DNA from: a virus
Taxonomy: Duplodnaviria; Caudoviricetes
Reading direction: 5' to 3' (one strand)
Length of the DNA stretch: 47,755 bases
IMG/VR virus record: IMGVR_UViG_3300037882_003153
Location: 1-47,755 of that record
Shown here: positions 26,537 through 36,163 of the stretch, one piece after another
Layout of the letters: every line of letters starts with the position of its first letter
Position numbering within the stretch: position 1 is the stretch's first letter
Made by a program: the position numbers and the translations under genes
Notes under the pieces: generated by a model
Told to the model about the DNA's origin: nothing
The model's database searches: none
The model's input: the letters and a program-made list of their open reading frames with translations, nothing else

Positions 26537-26731
26537 TCACTCCGATTCGTCCTCCGCGACAACATTAGAAAATGCCAGTAATCCCACCGCTAATTCAGCT
26601 TTTGCGGCGGCGATTTGTTCGTCCAGTTGGGGAATGCCTGCTGACATTTCAGCGATTATTTCTAGGTGAATCTCGATCGCCATCACCATATTTTGCAAGA
26701 TGGTTTTGATTTCAGTCAGTTGATTTTTCAT
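26537..26731 (-). CDS. Small helical hypothetical protein
   Basis: GAGG RBS; ends before a terminator. Confidence 0.6.
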   Translation of the reverse strand: MKNQLTEIKTILQNMVMAIEIHLEIIAEMSAGIPQLDEQIAAAKAELAVGLLAFSNVVAEDESE

Positions 26732-26879
26732 GGTATTCCTCTGAGTTAATCGATCGGGTTAATTGTTGAAGCATTCACTGCCGCACCCCGAACGCCGACC
26801 ATATCCAGAGCGTGTTCGAGGCTGTCAGGGCGGTAGGGCAAGGCGGCCTTGCGCCGTGGCGATTCGAGGATGACGCCGT

Positions 26880-27065
26880 CTAGACCGTTTGAGCGGTTTT
26901 GGCTGGGGTGGAAGTTCGATCTGGCCTGCGTTCAGCCCTCACCCACGATCGAACTTCCACGGCGATCGGCGTGGAACAACAGGGGAAGCGGTAGGTTTTT
27001 GCACCCTGCACAATCGACACTAATCGCCCTTCCCCAATGCCACATTTTGGGCAAGTTGGTTTCAT
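26880..27065 (-). CDS. Small Zn-ribbon-like protein
   Basis: CPKC...CC; ATGA overlap. Confidence 0.5.
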   Translation of the reverse strand: MKPTCPKCGIGEGRLVSIVQGAKTYRFPCCSTPIAVEVRSWVRAERRPDRTSTPAKTAQTV

Positions 27066-27688
27066 GCTGTCACCTCACGCGTGAACTCAATCACCCAAAG
27101 CCAGGGATTTGCATCCCAACCGTAGCCGCGTTTTTCGTTGATTGAGTTCCACAAGCCCCGGAACGCATTTAACGCCCGAATCTCGTCGCATGGCGATAGC
27201 GGGTCATTGTATTGGTCAAAACTTACCCCTTCGGCGATCGCGTCTTTAGGCTTGATTTGCTGGAGTCGCTCCACCCGTATATCCAGAATTTCCAGTGTGA
27301 TTCTGCAAGCCTCGCGAGGCATGAAAATTGATGGCTTCCACTTTATCAATCCGGGCGGATCTGGCATTAGCTTGCCGCATTGATAGCTATTATCGGCGCG
27401 ATAGGCAAAGCACTTGTGCGTCTCGGAAAGTGCAGGCCGCCATGCTTCCCGCACCCATAGATCCTGCTCTGGAATGCCATAAGGGCAATGCCATGTTGGC
27501 TCATCTGGATCGCCCCAGTCAATTCCTTTATGCTGCCCCCAAACCCCGGAACCTTTTGAGGATTCAACGATCGGGCTTTCCCAAGGTGGCTGATTTTTTA
27601 TTACCCGCCGCGTTTGGGTTTTCTGCCCGCTCAGGATAGCGCGAACCATGTTGTCGTTGAACAAGATTGGTCGTGAGATGACAGTCAT
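27062..27688 (-). CDS. Conserved phage ASCH/PUA-like protein
   Basis: PILF...MVRAIL.G.KTQTRR, LWVRE.W, WKPSIFMPR.A.RI.LEI, NPW.WVIEF. Confidence 0.85.
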   Translation of the reverse strand: MTVISRPILFNDNMVRAILSGQKTQTRRVIKNQPPWESPIVESSKGSGVWGQHKGIDWGDPDEPTWHCPYGIPEQDLWVREAWRPALSETHKCFAYRADNSYQCGKLMPDPPGLIKWKPSIFMPREACRITLEILDIRVERLQQIKPKDAIAEGVSFDQYNDPLSPCDEIRALNAFRGLWNSINEKRGYGWDANPWLWVIEFTREVTA

Positions 27689-27834
27689 GCCGCCACCTGC
27701 GCTTCTCGTGATAGCAACAATGACAGACCACAGATGATCGCTTGGTCTTGATCGGTGTTGGGATGTGCGGCGATGTAGCGCTTCAATTCCTGGTGTAGGG
27801 ATTCGGGGATTTCGACATTAAGTGAAATAGTCAT
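27685..27834 (-). CDS. DUF2811-like small protein (second paralog)
   Basis: Read by hand: MTISLNVEIPESLHQELKRYIAAHPNTDQDQAIICGLSLLL... Confidence 0.75.
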   Translation of the reverse strand: MTISLNVEIPESLHQELKRYIAAHPNTDQDQAIICGLSLLLSREAQVAA

Positions 27835-27861
27835 GATGATGTTGGTGATAGGGTTTTTAGC

Positions 27862-27903
27862 AAAAAAAATGCCACTCTGAGGATTTGCTAAATCCTCAGA
27901 GTG
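27862..27903 (-). terminator. Intrinsic terminator
   Basis: 14-bp stem cactctgaggattt/aaatcctcagagtg followed by a T-run on the minus strand. Confidence 0.75.
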
Positions 27904-27912
27904 GGCGGCAAA

Positions 27913-28764
27913 TTAGAACGGCATTTCCTCGCCATCGCCATAGTCAATCGTTACAGACTCAAGTACTGAAGCGGGTTTGAATGGGTTTTTTGCTACTGCC
28001 TTGAATTCTTCCGAACTCACCAACTTGAACACGTCAGCGACAGCATCAGTCGGCATTGCCTTCGCCGTCGAACCTTCGGGAAATACAAACCGAATCCCGA
28101 TTGACGAATCACCATCGGCATTTGAGAATTTTTCGGCGACTGCCCCAATCTCAACCGACACCGTATGACCTAACCATTGCCCTGGCTTTGCTTCCGCCCG
28201 CTTAACCAGAATCGAGTTCAGCAACTCAATTGTGCGGTGCCCACCATTGCGCTCAATGCCGTGATCTTTGTCGCCGCTACTGCCCACCATGGCAGTCTTG
28301 GACGATTTCAGCTTGAGAGTAAAGATCTGAACATCCCCGTTGGCATCTTTCACCAGATCATCGCCTAAAAGGCAGGCCAGCAACACCCGGCATACAGTCA
28401 CTTCGCCCCGCTTCTTCATGCCTTTGGACAGCGTTGGGATAATTTCGCCTGACGCTTTATTCATCGCCATGACTTTGGGTCGTGCCAAGATCACCCAGCG
28501 CACCCCTTTCTTAAAGATGCCAAATTCAACTTCTGTCCCATCATCGTCAAACGACGATTTGGCCATGTCTACGACATCGGATAGCACTTGCCCATCTACC
28601 AAAGCCATCGAATCAGCGGTGATGCCGATATTGATCTTTGCCTTGGCATTTTTCGGCTGATAACTATCAGCTTGAATCCAGGGATAACGCGGCCCGCTCA
28701 TCTCGCCATCGATTGCGTAGGCGTTATTGGCGACGTAGCCATCCAAACCAAAAGAGTCAGTCAT
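27913..28764 (-). CDS. Putative ssDNA-binding protein with SSB-like acidic tail
   Basis: C-terminus DYGDGEEMPF; beta-rich body; own promoter and terminator. Confidence 0.55.
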   Translation of the reverse strand: MTDSFGLDGYVANNAYAIDGEMSGPRYPWIQADSYQPKNAKAKINIGITADSMALVDGQVLSDVVDMAKSSFDDDGTEVEFGIFKKGVRWVILARPKVMAMNKASGEIIPTLSKGMKKRGEVTVCRVLLACLLGDDLVKDANGDVQIFTLKLKSSKTAMVGSSGDKDHGIERNGGHRTIELLNSILVKRAEAKPGQWLGHTVSVEIGAVAEKFSNADGDSSIGIRFVFPEGSTAKAMPTDAVADVFKLVSSEEFKAVAKNPFKPASVLESVTIDYGDGEEMPF

Positions 28765-28792
28765 TGGGATAATCCCCCGTAAAATTGTTGTT

Positions 28793-28829
28793 ACTTTGCC
28801 AGTTTACCAAACTATCAAAGCAGTGTCAA
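28793..28829 (-). promoter_or_regulatory. Early promoter with operator-like site
   Basis: TTGACA-17 bp-TAAACT overlapping TGGTAAACTGGCAAAGT. Confidence 0.65.
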
Positions 28830-28833
28830 TCAA

Positions 28834-29334
28834 TTACGTCAAAGCCTGATCCAATGATTCGGCGTGGAACCCCCGACCTGTCAGGAATTTGCGGATCAGT
28901 TGGCAATCTTCGGCGTCAAGGGTATCGGGAGCCATGGCGCGGAAGTCGGTGAGGGCAAAGGCCAAATCCTCCACAATCAATAGTGGAGAGGTGAGGGCAG
29001 TGAGTAGCATCGTCCACGACGTCCCGGCCTTGTTGGTTTTTTTGGCCGCTGCGTAGACTTTAGCCAGCAATCCGCACTCACGCAAATCCGCCACCAATCC
29101 CGCCCAATCCTCATGGATTGGGATGATGTTCTCAGGCGGTTCGATCCACTGGCCATCCGCCCAATAATGCCGATCGCTGGGGCGTTCCCCTTTCGCCTGG
29201 ATTTGCTTGCCGTCGAAGTAGAGTTGTTCGATCGGTTCATCGCCGAGATATTCGATCGCGGTGAAGCCAGCTGCGAGGTTGTCGGCGGTGTTTGTCTGGC
29301 CTGCAATTTGGCCCTCAAAAATCAAAATCAACAT
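28834..29334 (-). CDS. Tail fibre assembly-like protein
   Basis: RPS..H.W..G.W motif; last gene after the fibres. Confidence 0.6.
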   Translation of the reverse strand: MLILIFEGQIAGQTNTADNLAAGFTAIEYLGDEPIEQLYFDGKQIQAKGERPSDRHYWADGQWIEPPENIIPIHEDWAGLVADLRECGLLAKVYAAAKKTNKAGTSWTMLLTALTSPLLIVEDLAFALTDFRAMAPDTLDAEDCQLIRKFLTGRGFHAESLDQALT

Positions 29335-29337
29335 AAA

Positions 29338-30687
29338 TTAAACCGGAGTGTAGTTTTCGATCACTTGCTGGCCGATGCCGCCCATTTGCGGGCCAGATCC
29401 GCCGACGCCACCAAATGAACCACCGATCGAGCCGCCGACCCCTGCCGCCCCGCTGCCAAAATTGACCCCGGCGTTGCCGCCATTGAGGAGCACGGTCGAT
29501 CCGGTGAGATTGACGATCGGGGCTTGGCAGATTAGCCACCCACCACCACCACCACCACCACCAAAGGCCGTATTTGGGCTGTAGTTAAGGGCGTTGCCCG
29601 TGCCGCCCGCGCCGCCTTGCACATTGAGTTGGGCTGAAGCTGTGGCGACGATCGACGTGAGGGAGCCTAATCGAATTGAGCCGCCCGTCCCGCCGCCGCC
29701 GCCTGCTAGCACAATCACGCCCGTCCCGCTCGTGATGACGCCCTGCGTAGCGGCGGCACCGGGGCAATTGATTGCGCCCGAAATCGTAATGCCCAACGCG
29801 GCATCGGCGACAAAAGAACCACCGCCAAACCCGCCCTTAGACAGTGCAATAATGCCCGTAGCGCCAGCGCCAGCCGTGCCAAACCCGGAAGCGCCACCGC
29901 TACCAAAGGGCGAGGCCGCCCAGCTATAGGCAGGCAACGCCGCAGAGTTGTGCCCACCACCACCACCGGGACCGCGTCCCGACTCCGCAAAATAATATCC
30001 GCCAACAACGCTGCCAGCAAAGCCAAACCCGCCAGCAATTAGCGGGCTGACATTAATTGTCCCCGCAATGCTCACCGTGCCACTGGCGACAATCTCTAGA
30101 TAGCCTGATGGCACCGAGATCACTACACCAGCCGCTACCGTAAAATTGCGACAGGGGACACGCCCCCCCAGGGTGGTGTTCGCCGTGATCGTGATGTCGT
30201 TTGCCGCTTGCCCGCCATAGACCCGGATCGCTCGGGATTGTGGCCCCACGGTAAAGCGCGATCGGAGGTCAGTCAGGCCATTTGCCGCCATCCCTGATGC
30301 TGTGGCCTCAAATCTCGCGATCGGGATAGACCGCACGGGGAGATCCAGCCCAAATTGCACCGCGCCCGCCGTATCTACCCACAAAAAACTGATTTGGCTG
30401 GGGGGTAGAGTCTTGGATGTGGCCGCAACCGTCGCCGCCAAACCATTGGGCAACGTCACCACACCCGCCGCAATGTTGACGACCAACCCGCTGCCATGGG
30501 TGACTTTGAGCGCATCGGCAAACAACCGAAAGTCAGCGCGAATGTTGCCCGGTGCCAGCGATAGAGCATCATCGGTGAGGCGGGGATAATGGCCGTCGAG
30601 ATCAAGATCGTCAAACGTGATCGCCTGCATCGCATTGAGCCATGCCGCAAATAGGCGTTGTCCGTTGGCAAATAGGGTTTTAGGCAT
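29338..30687 (-). CDS. Glycine-rich tail fibre / distal baseplate protein
   Basis: F.NG....A.WLN N-terminus; GGGGGG-rich repeats. Confidence 0.75.
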   Translation of the reverse strand: MPKTLFANGQRLFAAWLNAMQAITFDDLDLDGHYPRLTDDALSLAPGNIRADFRLFADALKVTHGSGLVVNIAAGVVTLPNGLAATVAATSKTLPPSQISFLWVDTAGAVQFGLDLPVRSIPIARFEATASGMAANGLTDLRSRFTVGPQSRAIRVYGGQAANDITITANTTLGGRVPCRNFTVAAGVVISVPSGYLEIVASGTVSIAGTINVSPLIAGGFGFAGSVVGGYYFAESGRGPGGGGGHNSAALPAYSWAASPFGSGGASGFGTAGAGATGIIALSKGGFGGGSFVADAALGITISGAINCPGAAATQGVITSGTGVIVLAGGGGGTGGSIRLGSLTSIVATASAQLNVQGGAGGTGNALNYSPNTAFGGGGGGGGWLICQAPIVNLTGSTVLLNGGNAGVNFGSGAAGVGGSIGGSFGGVGGSGPQMGGIGQQVIENYTPV

Positions 30688-30690
30688 GGT

Positions 30691-31344
30691 TTATCCGATC
30701 GATTGGAGCAGGAAGCGGGCGAGGTGAGCGGCGATCATTGCACAGCCATATTGGGTGGGATGCACGCCATCCGGGGCGTAAGGGTCGGCGGGGACGTAAT
30801 ACGGCAAATGGCGCGGAAAATCAAAATACAAATCAGCGTATTCGTTCCACGTTGCGCCCAGAGTGGCATTAAGGGCGTTAATATCACTGGCGTACTGCGC
30901 GGCTGTTCCCGGTGTGGGGTAGCCATGGGCGCGGGGCGGGCACCCCATCAGGACGACATACCATCCTGATAATTGCGCCCGTCTACAGAGATCGCGCAAA
31001 TTCGCCGCCGCTAACTGCACCCGATTCGCCGTCACCAAATCGTAAAAGAGCAAATCATTTGTGCCCTCTTGGATGATGGCGATATTGCGCCGATCGGGCC
31101 GTCGTCCACTGATTAAATTCGTATTGGCACTGACGATCAAATCACGGGTGCTTTGCCCATCGACTGAGTAATTTTGAGTGGTGACATTGACGCCAAAATC
31201 TCGCTCCAGGATTTGGCGGAGATGTTCGACAATGGCCGTACTGCTGTAGGTAGTTGCCCCGATCGAATTATTCCAAAAGCCAATATGCGCCCCATTGAGG
31301 AACGCCGCTGGTTTTTCGAGTGGGACTATGCTCGGTAAAATCAT
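30691..31344 (-). CDS. SGNH/GDSL hydrolase in the tail operon
   Basis: Blocks NNSI, SVDG, GTND and DGVHP. Confidence 0.82.
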   Translation of the reverse strand: MILPSIVPLEKPAAFLNGAHIGFWNNSIGATTYSSTAIVEHLRQILERDFGVNVTTQNYSVDGQSTRDLIVSANTNLISGRRPDRRNIAIIQEGTNDLLFYDLVTANRVQLAAANLRDLCRRAQLSGWYVVLMGCPPRAHGYPTPGTAAQYASDINALNATLGATWNEYADLYFDFPRHLPYYVPADPYAPDGVHPTQYGCAMIAAHLARFLLQSIG

Positions 31345-33080
31345 GGCTGCACCTCAAACGAAATCACCTGAATCGTCCCGCCTTGGGTGGTGTTCATGCC
31401 GATAAACAATGCTCCCGCGCTGGCCACGGGGAACGTGCGGAATACTGTCCATGCGGCGGCAAGCGTGGTTTTATAGGCGGCGGTGATGATGGTTCCAGAT
31501 CGTTCCAATTTGATGTAGGTTCTAATCAACCCCGCATTAAATCCAGAGTCCAGGCTCGATCCAGATGCGCCCGTGAACATTGGGCCATTTGAGTTCCAGC
31601 CGTAATATTCCCAGCCTCCAAATGCTTGCGGGGTCGCGATATCGTTGAACCCGATCAGTTGCAATGGGTCGGCGTAGACGATAATGCGCCCCGATTTATT
31701 GGCGGGGATGGACTGCACCGATCCGCCCAAACCGGAGAATGCCGTGGCATTGGAACCGCCGTAAAGGTTGGCGGAAGGGTTGGTGAAGTTAGCCCCCGCC
31801 GTCATGGTCAGGGCTGAACTGTTTAGCGCCGGGGTGATATATTTCGCCTGCCAAATCGTATAAAATGCCGTCACCCCATCCCAATAAAATGTGAGGTTGT
31901 TGACCACACCAGCAATATTGATATAGCCCGCACTGCCGATCGCTTCAACCATTCCAGTGAATACTGGAGCGTTGACGCCATCGGCCACAAGTCGCACCGT
32001 CGCCGACGAACCCGCCGTTTTTGCGCCCGCATCCACGGTAAAGGTCAGCACGCTCGATACAGTCTGGGAGGGCATTTGGCCCATGATTCGATCGAATGCA
32101 ATCACCGGATTAAACGGGATTGCCGTCGCCAGATTATTCACACTGGCGATGAACGCCCGCACCCAGGCACTACTCACGATCTTGTTTGAGTTGTCGGTGA
32201 TGAGCTGCAATGGCACAGCCGGATTTCCGGTGAAAACCGGGCTATCCTTTGTGGCGAATTCGGTGCCAATCCATTCGGTGTTTGCCAACTGAAGCGACCG
32301 ATCGCCCGCCGATGGGGCCGCAAAGCGGGCCGGGGTGCCAGTGAGGATGGCGTTATTTTTGGTGGCGTAAGTCGCAGCTGCGGCGGCCGAAGAAAGTAGG
32401 GTGGAAATAATGTCGTAAATTGCGTTTGCGGAGGGTGCCCATAGCGCCCCATCCCATCCAGGGCCGTAGACCGTATCCTGACCGCCCGTGCCGCCCGGAT
32501 CGCCCTTGCTGCCAATGTCGAGCCAATAATTTGAGCCGGGGGGGACTGCCGATGGTTGGATGCCGCTACCGGGTTCGATCGCTATCCACATCCACCAGCT
32601 GCCGCCATATTTGGCCGCATCCCCCTTACGGTAGGCAAGGGTGCCACTGTAAGCCCCGAGGTATCGCGGCCCACCCTGCAATGCTTGCTGATACTGTGGC
32701 GTATTGGTCAACACCTCCGCCAGCCGAATTGCGGCGGTGTCCATCGTGTCGGTGGTGATGCCCGTGGGGAGCAAATCCGCAAACTCGATCGCGCCTGCGT
32801 TGGGCGGCACCATCGCCCGAAAATCCATTGAGGCGATGGCAGAAATTGCAGTGCCCGATTGCGGGAAAAACTGAAATCGATAACTGATTCGAGCGGCGGC
32901 GGAGGGAGAAAGGTCGATCGACAATACGCCTGCCGTAATCGGAAACTTGCGCGTTACGGGCATCAGTGTGGCGTCGGGATTGGGCGTGTTATCCCGCAGG
33001 GGCGCATCCAGCGTTACCCACAGCTCGCCATTTAGCGGTTGGTTGCCCGAATCCCGTAAATTGCCTGTGATTAGAGTCAT
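31341..33080 (-). CDS. Tail fibre / receptor-binding protein
   Basis: gpH-like SP.FTG.P..P and A.T.W/V repeats; Y..GD...Y.G.W carbohydrate-binding-like module. Confidence 0.8.
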   Translation of the reverse strand: MTLITGNLRDSGNQPLNGELWVTLDAPLRDNTPNPDATLMPVTRKFPITAGVLSIDLSPSAAARISYRFQFFPQSGTAISAIASMDFRAMVPPNAGAIEFADLLPTGITTDTMDTAAIRLAEVLTNTPQYQQALQGGPRYLGAYSGTLAYRKGDAAKYGGSWWMWIAIEPGSGIQPSAVPPGSNYWLDIGSKGDPGGTGGQDTVYGPGWDGALWAPSANAIYDIISTLLSSAAAAATYATKNNAILTGTPARFAAPSAGDRSLQLANTEWIGTEFATKDSPVFTGNPAVPLQLITDNSNKIVSSAWVRAFIASVNNLATAIPFNPVIAFDRIMGQMPSQTVSSVLTFTVDAGAKTAGSSATVRLVADGVNAPVFTGMVEAIGSAGYINIAGVVNNLTFYWDGVTAFYTIWQAKYITPALNSSALTMTAGANFTNPSANLYGGSNATAFSGLGGSVQSIPANKSGRIIVYADPLQLIGFNDIATPQAFGGWEYYGWNSNGPMFTGASGSSLDSGFNAGLIRTYIKLERSGTIITAAYKTTLAAAWTVFRTFPVASAGALFIGMNTTQGGTIQVISFEVQP

Positions 33081-33145
33081 TGCGCCCGCCGCTTAAGTTC
33101 CACGGGTGCGATCGTCTGTTATATTTCACGTGAACACACCCGGCG

Positions 33146-33379
33146 TTGACCATGACACCACTGACAGATCGAGTTTTCTACGATATAGATTCGGCAATGC
33201 AGGCAAATCCATCCGGGAACCATAGCCCAGTTTTCAAAGAGCCTCCGTCGTGGGAAGTTGGTGAGCCTATCCCGGATCCCCAAAATTACAACCGCTATGA
33301 AGTCAAAAAATTTAGAGAAGAACTATTTGGCAAAGCGGCGGGAATGGTGACGTTTTGGCGTTGGGTGAAAACCCATTAA
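33146..33379 (+). CDS. Hypothetical protein (moron)
   Basis: Occupies the gap between gpI and the fibre gene; convergent TTAA stop overlap. Confidence 0.55.
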   Translation: MTMTPLTDRVFYDIDSAMQANPSGNHSPVFKEPPSWEVGEPIPDPQNYNRYEVKKFREELFGKAAGMVTFWRWVKTH

Positions 33380-33984
33380 CCAAAAATTGGATCACCAACT
33401 ACTGAAAACCCAATATAAAAACCATCGTAGCAAACGGCGCTATCAGAAACGATCGGGCCATATAGCCGATTTAGTTTTTCGGCAAGGCGGAATTGTGCCC
33501 CGTCCCGATCGTACAAAAATGGCACTTGAATAAAATATTGATATTCGGGTTCACCCAGGGTAGTTTCGCCAATGATGGATTCGCCAATCACAAACCCCTC
33601 ACCCAGCCAAATCACGGCAGTCAATCCCACGGCGGCGATCATGTATTCGATCACGGCCTGGGTGCCCTTATTGCTCCAAATCCAATTAGCCCTACTGGCG
33701 ATCGCCCGCTTCGTCGCCATCGACCACGATTTATCCCAATACTCGCCCGAAAAGCCCGACAAGTAAGCGACAAAATCAATCCAGTCGGCATCACAGGTGA
33801 GGGCATTGAGTTGACGCGGAAGGTCGTCGATCGATGCTTTGGTTTTCACCAATAACTCGTCAAACCATTGCGTAATCCAGTTGCTTGGGCTTGCTGGATT
33901 TTCGCCCTTGTAACGCTGCGAGATTTGCGGGAGGCGGCTATAGATGGGCCGTTTGTCAATTATCCACGCCTGTTTAGGATTCAT
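33376..33984 (-). CDS. Baseplate wedge / tail protein I-like
   Basis: L...TC...W.D..A...G....W...W....KR.......KGT; follows gpJ. Confidence 0.85.
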   Translation of the reverse strand: MNPKQAWIIDKRPIYSRLPQISQRYKGENPASPSNWITQWFDELLVKTKASIDDLPRQLNALTCDADWIDFVAYLSGFSGEYWDKSWSMATKRAIASRANWIWSNKGTQAVIEYMIAAVGLTAVIWLGEGFVIGESIIGETTLGEPEYQYFIQVPFLYDRDGAQFRLAEKLNRLYGPIVSDSAVCYDGFYIGFSVVGDPIFG

Positions 33985-35153
33985 AAGACCACCCCATCAT
34001 CAAACCGCCCATTGAGATTTCGATAAACGTTCCCCGATGCATCGACCAATTGCGAGTAGAGCCGCGTGATCACTGGCATCGACCAATCGTTTGGCATCCC
34101 CAAATTGCCACCGATATTGTTGATTGTCACCGACTCGACATACTCAATCAGTCCGGTGCGGCGCAACGCATATTCGACCTCATTGAGGATTAGATCCAGC
34201 CCGATCGGGTAGCTGCCTGGGGCAGTGTAGGCTTTGAGCGCTTCATAAAGTTTGCGGGATACGGATACCGGATCTTCCCCTTCGACAATTCGGGCGATTA
34301 GTTTGATGTCGGCGTCGATGGTTTCAATGGCGCTAACCCAAACCACCGTACCGATCATCACCCGTGATTCCATCGCCGTTTGAATTTGCGTAAGCGTGGC
34401 GGCGTTGGGCTTTGAGCCTTCGGCGTCCAACGCAAACACGTGCACCGACCCAAGTTGCTGCGAGATTTTATCACCGGCGAGATTGCCCACCGCCTTCGCC
34501 ACGGCCCCCACGCCCAATAGCGAGATCGCCTCCGCCTCATAATCGTCGGCACTCACCAAATTGCGGCGGCGGATCTGCGCAATGCCCCGATCGATTGCTT
34601 CCTGTTGGGTTTCCTCATCACTGCCCCCTGTGGCGGGCGAAAGGTTGGTGACGCCAGTGACGTAGGCGAGGGGTTGGAGCGGCTGGTTAATCGAACCCGC
34701 CGCCACGTTCCCGGCTTTGCCGATTTGTTGCGCGATCGCGGGCACCGTGCCACTGATCGCCCCGGGTGGTAAAACGAGTTGTTGCGTCGTCACAAACGTC
34801 ACCCGACCGGATTGGGACTGAACAATATAGCCAGCGGGGATGGTGATCGGATTAGAAAATGCGGCGGATAGAGTGATCTGGAGGGTGGCGGTGGCGGTAG
34901 TTCCGAGGTTGCGGGTGATGCCGTAATTGCTTAAATAGCTGACCACGATCGCGTCTACGATCTTATTGCAGTAATATAATAGTTCGGCGGCGGAAAAGCA
35001 CAGCCCTTCAAGCAATACCCTGAGAGGGCCGGAACTACTAAAATCGTTCAACGCCCCGCCGCTGTAGCCATAGACCGCCGCGATCGCTTGCTCAACTAAT
35101 TGAGCTTCGTTCCGGGGGTCGATCGTTGGATACTCTAGTGGGACGCCTGCCAT
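33981..35153 (-). CDS. Baseplate J-like protein
   Basis: TIPAG, G..GNV.AG.I, VTN..PA.GG.DEET, DYE. Confidence 0.93.
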   Translation of the reverse strand: MAGVPLEYPTIDPRNEAQLVEQAIAAVYGYSGGALNDFSSSGPLRVLLEGLCFSAAELLYYCNKIVDAIVVSYLSNYGITRNLGTTATATLQITLSAAFSNPITIPAGYIVQSQSGRVTFVTTQQLVLPPGAISGTVPAIAQQIGKAGNVAAGSINQPLQPLAYVTGVTNLSPATGGSDEETQQEAIDRGIAQIRRRNLVSADDYEAEAISLLGVGAVAKAVGNLAGDKISQQLGSVHVFALDAEGSKPNAATLTQIQTAMESRVMIGTVVWVSAIETIDADIKLIARIVEGEDPVSVSRKLYEALKAYTAPGSYPIGLDLILNEVEYALRRTGLIEYVESVTINNIGGNLGMPNDWSMPVITRLYSQLVDASGNVYRNLNGRFDDGVVL

Positions 35154-35182
35154 TGTTTCTCTTCCATTCACTATGAGGGCGA

Positions 35183-35473
35183 ATGTCTGTGAGTTGGGTA
35201 ATACAAATATTCACTCGGTTAGACCTCCGAGAGGCGAAATTGCTGCTGTGGTTCCTGAATGGGGAAACGCGCTACGTCGAAGCTGACGGCGTTCGATTTG
35301 AGTGTGAAAACGGCCACGTCATAATCAGCGGCCCGCGCTTTGAAACGTTAGTGACGCCGCTCCGGCAGATCATGAGCGATGCGTTTCGAGGTGAGCTACG
35401 ATCGGAGATATCCCGCGCCATCATTCAGCCGGATCAATCGCTATTCAGGAAGGAGGCCACTCATGCCGGATAA
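35183..35473 (+). CDS. Hypothetical protein (moron)
   Basis: Overlaps the start of the next plus-strand gene. Confidence 0.5.
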   Translation: MSVSWVIQIFTRLDLREAKLLLWFLNGETRYVEADGVRFECENGHVIISGPRFETLVTPLRQIMSDAFRGELRSEISRAIIQPDQSLFRKEATHAG

Positions 35474-36152
35474 AATCGCCTTACACAGCGACTTCCGCGA
35501 CTTCTACGATTATATTTTCCCCTCGTCGGGAGACGAGACTTTCTGCCGACTTGCGCACGATCGGAGCATGAACAAGATCGCCCAAAACGACATCATGGCA
35601 AGGCTCGGGCTTAAAACGCTCAGTTTTAAGCGAGTGAAGAACCAGCGATTTGGATCGCCGCTAGACAATATTGTGGTTTACACCGATCCTGATTTGCACT
35701 GTGGCGATGGCAAAATATTGACGGACTTTAATCACGCATTGGACGCCTATCCAAATCATTGGTCTACGCCGTGGGTCAACACTACGGGCGAGTACGATCG
35801 GGCAGAATCTCACCGATTATTGCAAATTGGCAACCGTGCTTGGTGGCTGCGATATAGCGGCATTGGTGGCTGGATGTCGAATCACTGCGGCGAAACCTCG
35901 ATTACCGTAGAGGGAGAGTGCGAAGCGCTAGATCGTGAAAATTCGTCGCACTTGGCCGGATGGCCGTTATTCGCGATTGATTTCGTTATCCCCGTGAACA
36001 CGCCAATTGATGATGATTTCCAATACGTGATCGATAACGGGTTCGCGATCGACTTCAATTCAGCACCGGGACTCCAAGGCACGGGCATGAACGATATTCT
36101 TTCCGCCGCCGAAATCTATGACTTGATTCGCGAATTCATGCAGGGACGGTAG
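35463..36152 (+). CDS. ATP-grasp-like protein
   Basis: H.G.GK loop; FAIDFV...FAIDFNSAPG resembles the RimK-type D..E.N..PG; GGAGG RBS. Confidence 0.6.
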   Translation: MPDKIALHSDFRDFYDYIFPSSGDETFCRLAHDRSMNKIAQNDIMARLGLKTLSFKRVKNQRFGSPLDNIVVYTDPDLHCGDGKILTDFNHALDAYPNHWSTPWVNTTGEYDRAESHRLLQIGNRAWWLRYSGIGGWMSNHCGETSITVEGECEALDRENSSHLAGWPLFAIDFVIPVNTPIDDDFQYVIDNGFAIDFNSAPGLQGTGMNDILSAAEIYDLIREFMQGR

Positions 36153-36163
36153 GACGACTGAAG

